64,000 bases of DNA from Felis catus (lineage: Eukaryota). The stretch lies in assembly GCF_018350175.1 (NCBI RefSeq), contig NC_058368.1, positions 219,296,001-219,360,000 of the forward strand. The letters are read 5' to 3'. Every line of letters begins with the position of its first letter. Position 1 is the first letter of the stretch. Shown piece by piece: positions 39,505 to 51,960 of this stretch. The notes under the pieces were generated by a model. The model was not told the origin of the DNA. It was given only the letters and a program-made list of their open reading frames with translations, and ran no database searches. The translations under genes were made by a program, and so were the position numbers.

Positions 39505-40378
39505 CTTTATTTTAAGAATTATTTTTTTAGAGTAGTTTTGGGTTTACAACAAAATTGGGAGGAAAGTATAGATATTTTCATACGCCCCCCAGTCCCCACA
39601 CATGTCTTACCTCCCCTATTGTTAACATTACTCACCAGAATGGTACCTTGTTAAAACCGATGAAACTACATTTAATGCATCATCATCATCCAGAGTTCAC
39701 AATTCATATTACGGTTCCCTGTTGCTGTTGTACATTCTATGGGTTTGGACAAATATATAATGACACATAGCCATCATTATAATATCATACAGAGGTTTTT
39801 CACTGCCTTAAAAATTCTCTATTCTCTGGGGGGCTTGGGTGGCTCAGTCGGTTGGGCGTCTGACTCTCAGTTTCGACTCAGGTCATGATCTCATGGTTTG
39901 TGGGTTTGAGCCCCATGTCAGCCTCTGTGCTGGCAGTGCAGAGCCTCCTTGGGATTCTCTGTCTCCGTGTCTCTCTGCCCAACCCCTGCTCACTCACTCT
40001 CTTTCTCTCAAAATAAATAAACTAAAAAAACAAAAACAAAAAACAAAAAACTCTGTTCTCTCTTACGACTCTCTCACCACACCACCAACTTACCGCCAAC
40101 AACCACAGAGCTTTTCGCTATCTCCATAGTTTTGCCTGTTCCAGAATGTCATATAGTTGGAATTATACAATGTACAAGCTTTCATATTGGCTTCTTTCAC
40201 TTACTAGCATGCACGTAAGCTTCCTCCATGTATGTGCATAGCTTGATAGCTCGTTTAATTTTAGTGCTGAATAAAATTCCATGGTGTAGATATACCACAG
40301 TTTATTTATCCATGTGATCGAAGAACATCTTGATTGCTTCCAAATTCTGGCAATTATGAATAAACCTGCTGTAAACTT
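39505..40378 (-). mobile_element. L1MC1/2-like 3' UTR fragment interrupted by a SINE
   Basis: gggtttacaacaaaattgggaggaaagtatag; tgtacattctatgggtttggacaaat; ccagaatgtcatatagttggaat. Confidence 0.85.
39828..40045 (+). mobile_element. CAN-SINE
   Basis: Head, CT region and tail; degenerate TSD aaaa..ctct.ttctct. Confidence 0.93.
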
Positions 40379-40539
40379 CCCTTATTTTTCATAAGAGACA
40401 ATTCTTTCACCTTTCAAGATATAACCATTTCAATAGAGATCATATATGTTTCCTCATTGTCCTCATGACATTTAGAAATTTCTTTTAAATTCCCCCACTA
40501 TTAACAAACATTTATTGACAGTCAATAATAGGAGTGTGA

Positions 40540-40763
40540 GGGGTGCCTGGGTGTCTCAATCTGTTAAGTGTCTGACTTTGGCTTAGGTCATGATCTCACA
40601 GCTTGTGAGTGCAAGCCCTGATCAGGCTGGCTGCTGTGTGTGCATGTGGAGTCCACTTTAAGTTCTCTGTCATCCTCTCTCTATGCCCCCCTCCCCTGTC
40701 GGTGCTCAGGCGCTCTCTCACATGCTCACTCTCTCTCTCTCAAAAATAAGTAAACATTTAAAA
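40540..40763 (+). mobile_element. CAN-SINE
   Basis: TSD aataataggagt(g/c)tga. Confidence 0.92.
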
Positions 40764-40819
40764 ATAATAATAGGAGTCTGAATATATTTCTTCAGGAATA
40801 AGTCATTTGAAATGTATTT

Positions 40820-41038
40820 GTTTTAAAAAAATTTTAACATTTATTCATTTTTGAGAGAGAGAGAGAGCGAGCACAAACAGGGGAGGAGTAGAGAATGGTG
40901 GAGACACTGAATCTGAAGCAGGTTCCAGGCTCCGAGCTGCCAACACAGAACCCTACCTGGGGCTTGAACCCACGAACAGTGAGATCATGACTGGAGCTGA
41001 AGTCGGATGCTTAACTGACTAATCCTACCAGGCACCCC
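40820..41038 (-). mobile_element. CAN-SINE (SINEC_Fc type)
   Basis: TSD core tgaaatgta. Confidence 0.93.
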
Positions 41039-41249
41039 TGAAATGTACTATTGAAAGGTCATGAAAGGTAATTTAGTGGGAATTCTTATTAACGTACTAA
41101 TAATCTCTCTTCATACTCAATGCCTTATTTATATTTCCATAGATATATGTATGTTTTATTATATTTGAATTACCAGTTTTCTCATTCTAGTGTGACTGGT
41201 TATTCAAAACTCAGCTCTAACAGATCAGATGCAGCTGACAAAATTAATT

Positions 41250-41461
41250 AAAAATATAATGTTTATTTATATTTTGTGTGAGAGAGACAGAGTGTGAATT
41301 GGGAGAGGTCAGAGAGAGAAAGGGAGACACAGAATCTGAAACAGGCTCCAGGCTCTGAGCTGTCCGCACAGAGCCCGACATGGGACTCAACTCCATGAGC
41401 CATAAGATCATCACCTGAGCCGAAGTCAGACGCTCAACTGACTGAGCCACCCAGGCGCCCC
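41250..41461 (-). mobile_element. CAN-SINE (SINEC_Fc type)
   Basis: Head ...ctgagccacccaggcgcccc. Confidence 0.94.
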
Positions 41462-42934
41462 TAAAAAAAATAATTTAATTCATTCAGAAATGTTGGTTTG
41501 TTACAATCTGCTATATTCCTTGGGTATCATCCTCTAACATCATGAAAAAAAAATTAGAAACCATTTTCAAACAAAAACTGTTTTTAAAATAATGCTATGT
41601 ACCTAGACAGTAACTTAATTCTAACATGGAAAGAATGTGGTGGGCTTTCACTGAGTATAGTCTGATGGAAACTGGGTCTACAGTTCCTGGAAAGCAGGGA
41701 ATAGGGTATGTAATGTCACCAGTATAGCAGGTATTATATAAGACCATAAAACTGAGCAAGTTGATATCATAAAATATTGAAGAGAAAAGTGACATGGTAA
41801 AGCACAAAGATAATGGAGAGGTTACAATTATTTTGAAGTCAGGAAGAAATAAAGTGGTATATTCTGGTAGAAGAAATCCTAGTATTTTTTAAATGAACCG
41901 GTTGGAGATAATGGAACTGACTGATGCCAGGTCAGCACAAAGCTAATTTTCCATTTTCATGAGGAACAGATGGTGTGGATGGACATGAAAATTGGTTTCA
42001 CAGAGGGGAAAATGGTTTAGTTTGGCAAGTTTATTTCAGAAAACATACTTCAGGAGCTAGACGTGTGTAACCATTTTGAGAATATTCTCCCCCCTGATAT
42101 GGTGGATTAAGGGGTAATCATGGGTACATGTGCAATCTGTGGAAGGACATCTAGATGCATCCCTTTGAGAAGATCCTCTCCCTGGCCAGCTGGGTTTGTG
42201 AAACAAGTTTCTGAGAATTTTAATTTTATTTAATTTAATGGAAGCTTAATAAGCAAGGGAAAAATCACGTAATAAATTTAATTAGAGATACTTTGTATTG
42301 CTTGATGCTTGTACCATATTTCCATGAATAACAGTTACAGAAAAATAAAGGAAGAGGTCATAGCCACTGTTCTCTCAACAAAGATTTTTTGAGAAAAATT
42401 AACAAGTATTTGTTTAAGAATAATGAAATAAAACTCTATTTAAGAGGCTGTGTTTTTGACTTAGAAAATTATTTTATTTAATGTAGAAATGAGACTGAAG
42501 GACCAGAAGGCTCAAGTTGAGCTTTCACATTTCCTTCCAGTTAAAGGTCTGATTTGAAAAAAGTAAGGGAAGTAAAGGAGATGAACAGCTGGCTATAAAT
42601 AGTATGCCAAATAACAGTTTTTACAAACTTGGGCCTACATCAAGAAGTTCCATGGCAGAAAGATAAGCTCACTTCTTTGGCATGGCAATCTCTATTCTAT
42701 CAAGAGACCTTTAAAGTGAACGTGGAGAGGAGAAAGAACATATCCCAGAAGAATCTTAAAACTGAGTATAAGTGAAAACAACAGATATGGCACCAAAAGA
42801 TGATTGGTAAAAATAGAATAAAAATATTTCCTAGTAATTCAGAAGGAAAATAATTATAAGATATGGACAAAATGTATTTTTAGATGAAAATAATCATAGG
42901 TTATTAGTGATAAACAAAATGAGCATGAAATTTT

Positions 42935-43147
42935 GGGGTGCTTGCGTGGCTCAGTCGGTTGAGCGTCCGACTTGGGCTCCGGTCATGAGATGGCGCATTC
43001 TGTCGGTTCGAGTACTGCATTGGGCTCTGTGCTGATGGCTCAGAGCCTGGAGCCTGCTTCAGATTCTATATCTCCCTCTCTCTCTGCCCTTCCTGCTCAT
43101 GCTCTGTCTCTCTGTCAAAAATAAATAAACATTAAAAATATTTTTAA
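42935..43147 (+). mobile_element. CAN-SINE (SINEC_Fc type)
   Basis: TSD aaaat(g/t)agcatgaaat. Confidence 0.94.
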
Positions 43148-43294
43148 AAAATTAGCATGAAATCTTAATGCAGAACATAAATATCACATGGATAATACCA
43201 AAACTGTATAGCATGGAGATCATGACTTCATATACTATTAAAATGAATCTTATTCAAAGAACCGTATCTAATAAGAAAGAAAATTTATAATTTC

Positions 43295-43513
43295 TTTAAA
43301 AATTTTTTTTAATGTTTTTTAATTTTTGAGAGACAGAGAGAGACAGAGCATGAGCGGGGAAGTGTTAGAGAGAGGGAGACACAGAATCCAAAGCAGGCTC
43401 CAGGCTCGGAGCCGTCAGCATAGAGTGTGACGTGGGGCTCGAACTCACGGACCGTGAGATCATGACCTGAGCCACAGTCAGTCACTCAACTGACCGAGCC
43501 ACCCAGGCTCCCC
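43295..43513 (-). mobile_element. CAN-SINE (SINEC_Fc type)
   Basis: TSD aaaa(t/c)ttataatttc. Confidence 0.95.
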
Positions 43514-43893
43514 AAAACTTATAATTTCATACACCAAGAAAGCATCCACCTTTCTGGAAAAATAATTCATGAATTTAAGGATAGATATACAGATGATAGA
43601 AATAATTGGGGAGGGGATTGACACAAACTGGTAAGAGCATTGTAGCTCTACCAACTAGATAGTAAGTATTGAGAGAGCTGTAGCTTGATGCTGTCTTGGT
43701 TTGAATTCATATGTGGTAAAAGTAACAAGAAGAGCTGCTGTTCTGACCTAAAATCTAATGAAAATGTAAGAAATAGTTATTGATTTCCATATAACATAAA
43801 ATCTGAGAAGAATGTACTCCCAGAGTTGAATTTAGTGAAGGAAGTAAATATTTTACATAGTCGATATAACCATGATATCACCAGAAAGTATTT

Positions 43894-43901
43894 CGCGCGC
43901 G

Positions 43902-43949
<48 letters not shown>
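43894..43949. repeat. Compound (CG)8(CA)20 microsatellite
   Basis: 56 bp of perfect purine-pyrimidine alternation. Confidence 0.96.
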
Positions 43950-43951
<2 letters not shown>

Positions 43952-44019
43952 TGGCAGAAATTGAATTATACCACCTTTTAATTTGAAAAAAGTAGATTTG
44001 TTTAAAACAGTTTGAACAG

Positions 44020-44335
44020 GCTCTATGTTGAACTAGAGACTAACTCTACTTGTATCACTGAAACTTTGTACCATTGCCTAATAATCTTATAGTTTTCCTC
44101 TACCCCTAGACCCCAGCAACCACCATTTACTATCTGCTTCAATTAATTTGACTATTTTATATTCCTCATATTGTGGTATCGTGTGGCATATATGCTTTTA
44201 TAACTGGCTTATTTCACTCAGCAAAATGTCCTCCAGATTCATCTATTCTGTTGAAAATGGCAGGATTTCTTTTTCTAAGGTTGTATAATATTTCATTAAT
44301 GTATATATCACAATTTCTTTAACCATTTATCCTAA
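44020..44335 (-). mobile_element. L1MA/MB-like 3' UTR fragment
   Basis: actggcttatttcactcagcaaaatgtcctccagattcatc...aatggcaggatttc. Confidence 0.8.
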
Positions 44336-44487
44336 AAATGAATCTAGACAAGAGATCTTAGGCAGACTTGTTTGTTGGGTAGGCTTGGTACTGTATTCTG
44401 CGGGAGGGCGGTTCTGTTCTCAGGGAACACGGGGGATGGGCAGGCCAGATGCCGATGTCTGCAGGTGGCTATGCCTAGTGCCTGGTC

Positions 44488-44535
44488 CATCAGCAGGTGA
44501 GCCCCTCAGCAGGTGAGCCCATCAGCAGGTGAGCC
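44488..44535 (+). repeat. 16-bp tandem repeat x3, c(a/c)tcagcaggtgagcc
   Basis: Units 44488-44503, 44504-44519 and 44520-44535 with one mismatch. Confidence 0.95.
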
Positions 44536-44574
44536 TGCTGCTGGGGGCCACAGGGGAGAATGATCACAATTTAA

Positions 44575-44750
44575 AGAGATTTCAGTGATTCCAATTTTTA
44601 CCATAACTCTATGAGAAAGTTATTCCCATATTTAAACGAGAAAACACATGCACAAAATATTTAGGTGAGTTGAAAAATCATAAGCTTAGTAATTGTAGAA
44701 GCAGGAGTTAACCCTCAGCAGTATCATGCCAGAGACTGCTATACTGCCAC
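44575..44750 (-). mobile_element. MIR fragment
   Basis: ataactctatgag...attcccatatttaaacgagaaaac core. Confidence 0.6.
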
Positions 44751-45367
44751 TTTGGATACCTGTCCAACTTTTAGAACAAATTGAAAACCAAAGCATTTCT
44801 GCTTAAGTGTAATACACACTACAATGATTTCTTTTGTTACAACAGTGTTATAAAAATTTACAAAACTTTTTTGATTAGCAGATGCAAAGAAATCTCTATA
44901 ACAGATGTATTTTTTAACGTAATATGCACAGAAATCAGACCACTGTACGCACAGACAAGTCAGAAACCGATGTGTGAAATAATGTTAAAAGAATGGTAAA
45001 AGAAACAGCCAAAATTGAAAACACCATTGTAAAAGCTTCTAAGGAAAACAAATAATGTGTTTTTGTTTTGTTTGTTTTGTTTTGTGATTGTTCATTTGTT
45101 TTAGTCTAGATTCAAAGAAAAAGATGAGAGAATAATATCAATGTTGGGACCAAGGCACAATGATGAACAATGAAAGACTTAGAAAAGTGATTTTTCTGTT
45201 TGTCTTTCTTCTGAATTTTAAAGCAGAGAATCAGTTGTAGATTGAAAACTGAAAAATAAAAAATATAAGAAAACACCTAATGATCATAAGTGACTTTCTA
45301 AATCTCTACCTAATTTCAGAAGGTTTTCACATATATCTTAGTGATTATTTAAATATGTAACTTTTCA

Positions 45368-45582
45368 GGGGCTCCTGGGTGGCTCAGTTGGTTAAGCGTC
45401 TGACTCTTGATTTGAGCTCAGGTGATGACCTCACGGTTCCTGAGTTTGAGCCCTGCATCAGGTTCCATGTAGACAGTGCAGAGTCTGCTTGGAATTCTCT
45501 CTCTCCCTCCCTCTCTGTCCCTCCCTCCCCCCCCACTCTCTCTCCCTCTCTCTCTTAAATAAATAAATAAACTTTTAAAAAT
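45368..45582 (+). mobile_element. CAN-SINE
   Basis: Head ggggctcctgggtggctcag; TSD core aaatatgta. Confidence 0.94.
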
Positions 45583-47146
45583 AAATATGTACATTTTTTA
45601 AAGTTTGAAATTTAAGAAGATGAAAGAAAAGCCAATTGCTTTCTTGTTCAAATTGGGAGTGGGGTCGGAGGAACAATTCTTAAAAAACAAAACAAAACAG
45701 GATAGTCAAGTTGATATTAACTTCTTTTCAAATTCAAGAACAGAATATTAAACAAATTTCATGACCACTTGAATAAGGAGGCAGTCATCACTCTAAGAAA
45801 CATAACTTACGGAATCAGCAGCAATCTACGTCTAAATTTGCATCCTCTTCCAAAGGTTTATATTTGGAGAATGGCAAAAACATAACGTAATTTGATGTCA
45901 GTGTGGAATGTTGCAGTACATCTTACATTAATTTTGTAAAGTGGGTTTTATCATGACCCATGTCTTCACAATTGAATGACTGATTGTAGACCGAGTTGCA
46001 AATGGCAAAGATGCTTGACCTAGAAACAGAAGAAATGGATTTGAACAATTTCTCTAGTCTCTCTGAATTATAAATCAACTCCACAAATAAATACACACTG
46101 GATTAAAAAAAAATAGCTCAGTATCTTATCTATAAAACAACAGAAAATGACCTCTTTTATACAACTGAATTTTTGTCAGGATTAAATAAAGAAGGAAATA
46201 TGGAACTACTGTGTAAACTGCGGTACACTCAGAAAAAAGATAGCTGTTTATGACTGACCAATATTTGCATACTTCTATTACCTTCTACTTGCTGCAACAT
46301 CATCCTGGAGATACTGGTTTGCCATCATACTTTCTTTTTGTTTTATTTCTCTAATCTTTCTGTTGTGTTACATATTTCTAAAATCTAATGCCTGGAAGCT
46401 AAAAGTCTATTTTTGTATTGGATGTCCCTATGTTTTAACTATTTATCTCTAATTTAACAAATCAATCATAAATAGCTCCAGTCACTTTCCAGACAATACA
46501 AGCAACTTGGAATAGTTTTCCTTAGATCATCCCTCCCATTCTACATGGAGTTATTGTCTAGTATTTTAGAACAATTTTCTTTTATTTTTCCTCCCCCCGA
46601 GATGATCCACCATGATTCTTGTTTTATATATTTTATATTTCCCAACATGTTTACTTATTTTTATTTCACTTCCATTCCTTTTTGGAGTAAGTATCTTCCC
46701 TTTGGGTTTAATTTTGTTATTCCTAAAATTTACGATTAAAAATTCATTTTTGTAGAGCTGTGGTTTGGAAATATCTTCCTTTTAAAATATCTAAATATTT
46801 CTTTATTTTCTTTCATTGCAAATGATAGTTTGGCTTATCCTGAATTCTAGTTTGACATTGTTTCTCTCAGCACTTTGAAGAAATTATCTACTCTCTCAGC
46901 TTCTATTATTGTGTTGGAACATCTGTGTCAGTCAGATTGTTTCATTCTTTTGTAAGTTTCTCTCTTTAATCTCTGCTCATTTTTTTTCAAAATTTCTCTT
47001 TGCCTGTGTTCATCATTTGCTAACATTATCTTCCACTAGAAATACAGTGAGATATACACTGGATCCTCTCATAGTATCCTTCATATCTTCTAATTTTTCT
47101 TGCAATTTCCATCTCATTATCTATTTATGCTTCATTTACTATAATG

Positions 47147-47166
47147 ATTTATGTATGCATGTATGT

Positions 47167-47204
<38 letters not shown>

Positions 47205-47400
47205 AATGTTTATTCATTTATTTTGAGAGAGAGAGTGCACACAAACAGGGAAGGGGCAGAGAGAGAGAGAGAGAATTCGAACAGGCTCCATGCTGTCAGT
47301 GTAGAGCCCAATTTGGGGCTTGATCTCACAACCCTGAGATCATGACCTGAGCCAAAATAAAAAGTTGGATGCTTAACCCACTAAGCCACCCAGGCCCCCC
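47147..47400 (-). mobile_element. CAN-SINE with (TTTA)n/(TATG)n tail
   Basis: Degenerate TSD cttcattta.t..aatg. Confidence 0.93.
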
Positions 47401-47739
47401 TTCATTTAGTGCAATGTATTGAGTGTCAAAAAGTAGGCTAGAAATTCTCTTTTCAGGTGCATGTGCTCTTTTGCTCCATCCCTTGAATTTATTTTTTTAA
47501 TGTAATGAAGTTTATTTTTTTAATCTAATTTTTTTAATTTTAGAATTTCTATTTGTTAAACATTCTCATTTTAATATAGTAACTTTCAATCTTCCTAAGT
47601 TCTTGAAATACAGTTGTTTCATACCCATTTTATACCTTCTGACCTTTCTGACAGTCTAATTCTCCTATTATTTCTAACACATATTGTTGTTGTTGTTTTC
47701 TTATAGTGTGTTTTTGCTATTTTGAAATATATAAGCTCC

Positions 47740-47963
47740 GGGGTGCCTGGGTGGCTCAGTTAGTTAAGCGTCTGACTTTGGCTCAGGTCATGATCTCACA
47801 GTTCATGTGTTCGAGCCCTGCATTGGGCTCTTTGCTGACAGCTCAGAGCCTGGAGCCTGCTTCAGATTCTGTGTCTCCCTCTATCTCTGCCCCTTTCCCA
47901 CTCATGCTCTCTCTCTCTCTCTTAAAAATAAACAAACATTAAAGAATTTTTTTAAAAAAGAAA
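47740..47963 (+). mobile_element. CAN-SINE (SINEC_Fc type)
   Basis: TSD atataagctcc. Confidence 0.95.
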
Positions 47964-48879
47964 GCAATATAAGCTCCTGTTCAGCAGAATGGTATCAGTT
48001 AGCACACTCTGAACTTTTTTTTTTCTTTAGTATCTTTTTTTTCTTTAACATAGAGAAATTATGAATTTCATTTTATCAGGCACATCAATTTGATTAACAA
48101 TTTATTACTATGTAATAGTGATTTAGTTGTCAATATTTCCAAAACCATGCAAATCATGTTAATTTAAACCCAAGCAGACATCAAAGGGGACTTGTCGTGA
48201 TCAATTGCTAGTGAGAGCATTTTTTTTCTTCTCCTAGAGCCCAGCATTCTCTTTTTCCTCTACATACATTTTTCCTAATGCACATTTCCACTGAGTATTG
48301 GTCCCTTAAAAGTTGCCTACTTTTTTCAGAGCCCAAACTACTTGGTTGCCAAAGACATTGAATACCCTTCTATCCCTCAAACTACCAAACCTGTTGTTAT
48401 TTGATTTCTATTTTGTTTTCCAACTTTCTCTCCATTTCTGGTCCTTGGCCATTTCTATATTTTCGTTGTGTTAAAACCTAATCTTTGTGCATAATAGTGT
48501 ATTTTTCAGATGTTACCCAGTGTATTTGATATTTTTATAGAGGAATAGTTTCATATTATATAATCTGACAATTTCCTAAAAATAGAAGAGACATCTATTG
48601 GCAATTAATAGAACTTTTCTTTGTCTTAATTTGCTTATTGTTTCTTAGTGTTTTATTATAAATGGAGAATATTACTTACAATAAAGAAATAATAAAGAAA
48701 GCTAGAACAGCTAATGTGTTAAAAAATAGATAACATAGAAAGAGGATGACAGTTAACATCAGTGAAATTCTCAAGTGCAACTTAAAGCAGAGTGGAATGA
48801 CTGTTTTTGTTTTTGTTTTTTATAAGCAGCTTGAAAGCCATTGTCTGTGTGGGACAAGGATATATACCCCCAAAGAAAG

Positions 48880-49193
48880 GAATCAGAGGTCTTCAAATAT
48901 TTGAGTGATGTAGAAAGATAGTCAGACATTTCTTATGCTGCTTGGGAAGATGGGTCGGAATGAAAAATCAAGATTGCAAGGGGAAAAATGCTGGATCAAT
49001 AAAAGGAAGACCTTTTTGACAATTAGAGACTTTATCAAAGAACTGGCTTCTGTCCAGAGCGTTTAGAATTATTGCAGAAAAGAATACATGAATAACTACT
49101 TTAGATGCTGTAGATGGGGTTCCTGCTCTCAGGGAAATAGCACTGGTGGCATAAGTTTCCTTCAAATCTGTTAGTCTATGATTCTATGATTAT
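48880..49193 (+). mobile_element. L3/CR1 LINE 3' end
   Basis: gtcttcaaatatttga; aataaaaggaagacctttttgacaattagag; CR1-type terminus tctatgattctatgat. Confidence 0.65.
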
Positions 49194-49598
49194 GTATTTG
49201 CTGTTTGTTTCTAGAAAAATTTAAAAATATGTCACTCATTAGCTGGTTATGTAACATATACAGACAATTTTATTGAGTAAAATATTTTTAATATATAACT
49301 CTCAATATACAACTTATATTAGATGATTCAAAATACTTAACCCAAGTTATTATATTTCTTAGGTTATAGGATGTGTTCCATCTGGGATGTTCACTCAGCT
49401 TTCCTCAAAAAATAAAAAAATGTTCAACAACTCTAAAATGTTTTAGAAAAGCTCATAGGAAAGAAAACTTGTTCAAGTTCTTATCCCCTACATTATTAAA
49501 TATCAATTTTATATTATATTTTGATATACTAATAAAATATAATAATATTGTATGTATCATTTTAGAAAAATAATCTTCATCTTTTAAATGCAATATCA

Positions 49599-49824
49599 GG
49601 GGCGCCTGGGTGGCGCAGTCGGTTAAGCGACCGACTTCAGCCAGGTCACGATCTTGCGGTCCATGAGTTCGAGCCCCGCGTCAGGCTCTGAGCTGATGGC
49701 TCAGAGCCTGGAGCCTGTTTCCGATTCTGTGTCTCCCTCTCTCTCTGCCCCACCCCCGTTCATGCTCTGTCTCTCTCTGTCCCCAAAATAAATAAACGTT
49801 GAAAAAAAAATTAAAAAAAATAAA
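49599..49824 (+). mobile_element. Young feline CAN-SINE (SINEC_Fc type)
   Basis: Same subfamily as the 2820 and 29986 copies; perfect 14-bp TSD taaatgcaatatca at 49585-49598 and 49825-49838. Confidence 0.97.
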
Positions 49825-49939
49825 TAAATGCAATATCAATAATTAACTATATGTGAAGACCAATACAGATTATGTTAGCTAGCTTATTCACCCGCATTTA
49901 CTATTTTTTGGCTAGATGTGCTCGCATTGGTTTTGTATA

Positions 49940-50330
49940 TTCAGCCATTCTACACATATGTATTGAGCGTATCATTTTTATGAGGGGTGTGTAGGTGCTG
50001 TGGAGACAATGAAATAAGATATAATCAAACATATTTTAATATTAATATATTATAGTGGACTGGAAATACATTAAAGACCCACCAAATAAATATAAAAATA
50101 AAACTTGGAAAATTTCCAAGAGAAGAGGCATTTAGTAAGATAACAATATTTGGTAGAGGAAGTTGTTTTAGTAAGGGGGGGTGTCAGAAAAAACATCTCT
50201 AAATAAATGATATTTTCTCTGAGAGCTGTAGACATTAATTAGATAAAACAGAATAAAGGTGGGGTAGAGTGCTGGAAACTATTTCAAGAAGAGAGAACAT
50301 CTTGGGAAATTACTTAGCAAGTGGTTGAAT
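49940..50330 (-). mobile_element. L2 3' fragment
   Basis: attcagccattctacacatatgtattgagcg...taggtgctgtggagaca. Confidence 0.55.
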
Positions 50331-50639
50331 TACAGAAAATCAGCAATGATATGACACAGGGTGAGATTTGCCAGAAATATATCAATATTTTCCCTATATA
50401 AGGAATAACTTCTGTACATTTTGGATTTGAACTCCGGCAATGAAAAAGCTATTATACGAAATTGTGTTCTGCAGACTAACCTCTCTAGAAACATTTATAT
50501 ATTTTAACTGCAGTACCTTTATTTTAAATGCAGGTAGTGGATAGCTGATTATCTTGAAAAATTCACAGTATATTCAAATAGATCTCTTTCCTTAAAGAGG
50601 AAATGCATCTCATTTAATTGTCCCCTTTGCCCCATTACC

Positions 50640-51053
50640 CTCTAAGACTGAAGCCTATTGTCTCATCATTACATCACTGCTAAAGTCAATGACACCTTGC
50701 TCTCACTTTCTCCATTTAAAAAAAAAAAATCAGATCCCATTCATAGCCCAACACACTCCAATATGGATTTTGGCTCCAACGCTCCACTAATAATCTTCTT
50801 GGTAAGGTCTTCAATGACTTTCCTGCAGCTAAATCTGGGAAATATATCTTAGTCCTTATTTGGTTCAACCCACAAGAGCATTTGATACCACGAACCATTT
50901 TATCCTTTAAAAAAATCTCACTTGATTTTGGTTCAGGTCATGATCTCACAGTTTGTGGGTTCAAGCCCCACATCAGGCTCTGTGCTGACAGTTCAGAGCC
51001 TGGAGCCTGCTTTGGATTCTGTCTTTCCCTCTCTTTCTGCCCCTCCCCTGCTT

Positions 51054-51131
<78 letters not shown>

Positions 51132-51420
51132 AAAAATAAACATTAAAAAAAACTTTAAAAACAATCTCACTTCGATGGCATCCACGTCCTTTTTTCCCTT
51201 TTACCTGTTTGCCTTTCTCCATGCATTCTTCATTTGGCTTCTCCTCCTCTTTCTTACATGTTAGTATTGAAAACCCTCAGGTTTCTGTCATGGTCCCAGT
51301 TTTGTCTCACTCTATATTTTCTGTAAGTACTTCCATCTGCCTCCATGATTTTAATATAATTTGTCCATTTTCACCAATTACAGTCCTATGACAACAACCT
51401 AGTTCAAACCACTGATACTA
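50640..51420 (+). mobile_element. L2 internal fragment interrupted by a SINE
   Basis: tcttggtaaggtcttcaatgacttt; agcatttgatacca; cctcaggtttctgtcatggtcc. Confidence 0.6.
50921..51158 (+). mobile_element. 5'-truncated CAN-SINE with expanded (CT)n
   Basis: Starts cttgattttggttcagg (A box missing); (CT)n about 51055-51123; TSD aaaa(a/c)aatctcactt. Confidence 0.92.
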
Positions 51421-51426
51421 TTTGCA

Positions 51427-51960
51427 TCATGGTTAATTTTATGTTTCAACTTGGCTATGCCACAAGATGCCCAGACATTAGGTCAAACATTGTTCTGGGT
51501 GTACCCATAAGGGTGTTTCTGGATGAGATTAATGTTTGAATCAGTAGACTAAGTAAAGTAAATTACCTCCCTTGGTAGGTCTCATCTAATCAGTTGAAGA
51601 CCTGAATAGCACAAAAGGCTAAGAGGGGACTCCTACTGCCTGATTGCTGAAGCTGGGATGTTGGTCTTTTTCAGTCTCTAGATTCAGTCTGAAACATCTC
51701 TTCTGCTCTTCTTGAATCTTGAGACTGATGGCTTTTGGACTGAAATTTATGCCATTGGCTCTCCTGGTTTTCAGACCTTCAGACTTATGTTACAACTACA
51801 CATAGATTCTCCTAGGCTTCCAGTTTGCCAGCTGAAGATCTTGGGACATCTCAGCCTCTATAAATGTATGGGTCAATTTTTTATAATAAATCTTTGTCTC
51901 CCTCCCTCCCACCATCCCTCCCTTTCTTTCTCTCTCTCTCTCCTGCTCTTTCTCTCTCAC
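51427..51960 (+). mobile_element. ERVL LTR (MLT2B-like), 3' end missing
   Basis: atggttaattttatgtttcaacttggc...tgcccagacattaggtcaaacatt...gtgtttctggatgagattaatgtttgaatcagtagact. Confidence 0.88.

Larger units (their letters stand above)
46400..48500 (-). mobile_element. Ancient L1M ORF1-region fragment interrupted by two SINEs
   Basis: aatgatagtttggcttatcctgaattctagtttgacattgtttctctcagcactttgaag...gcttctattattg. Confidence 0.6.
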
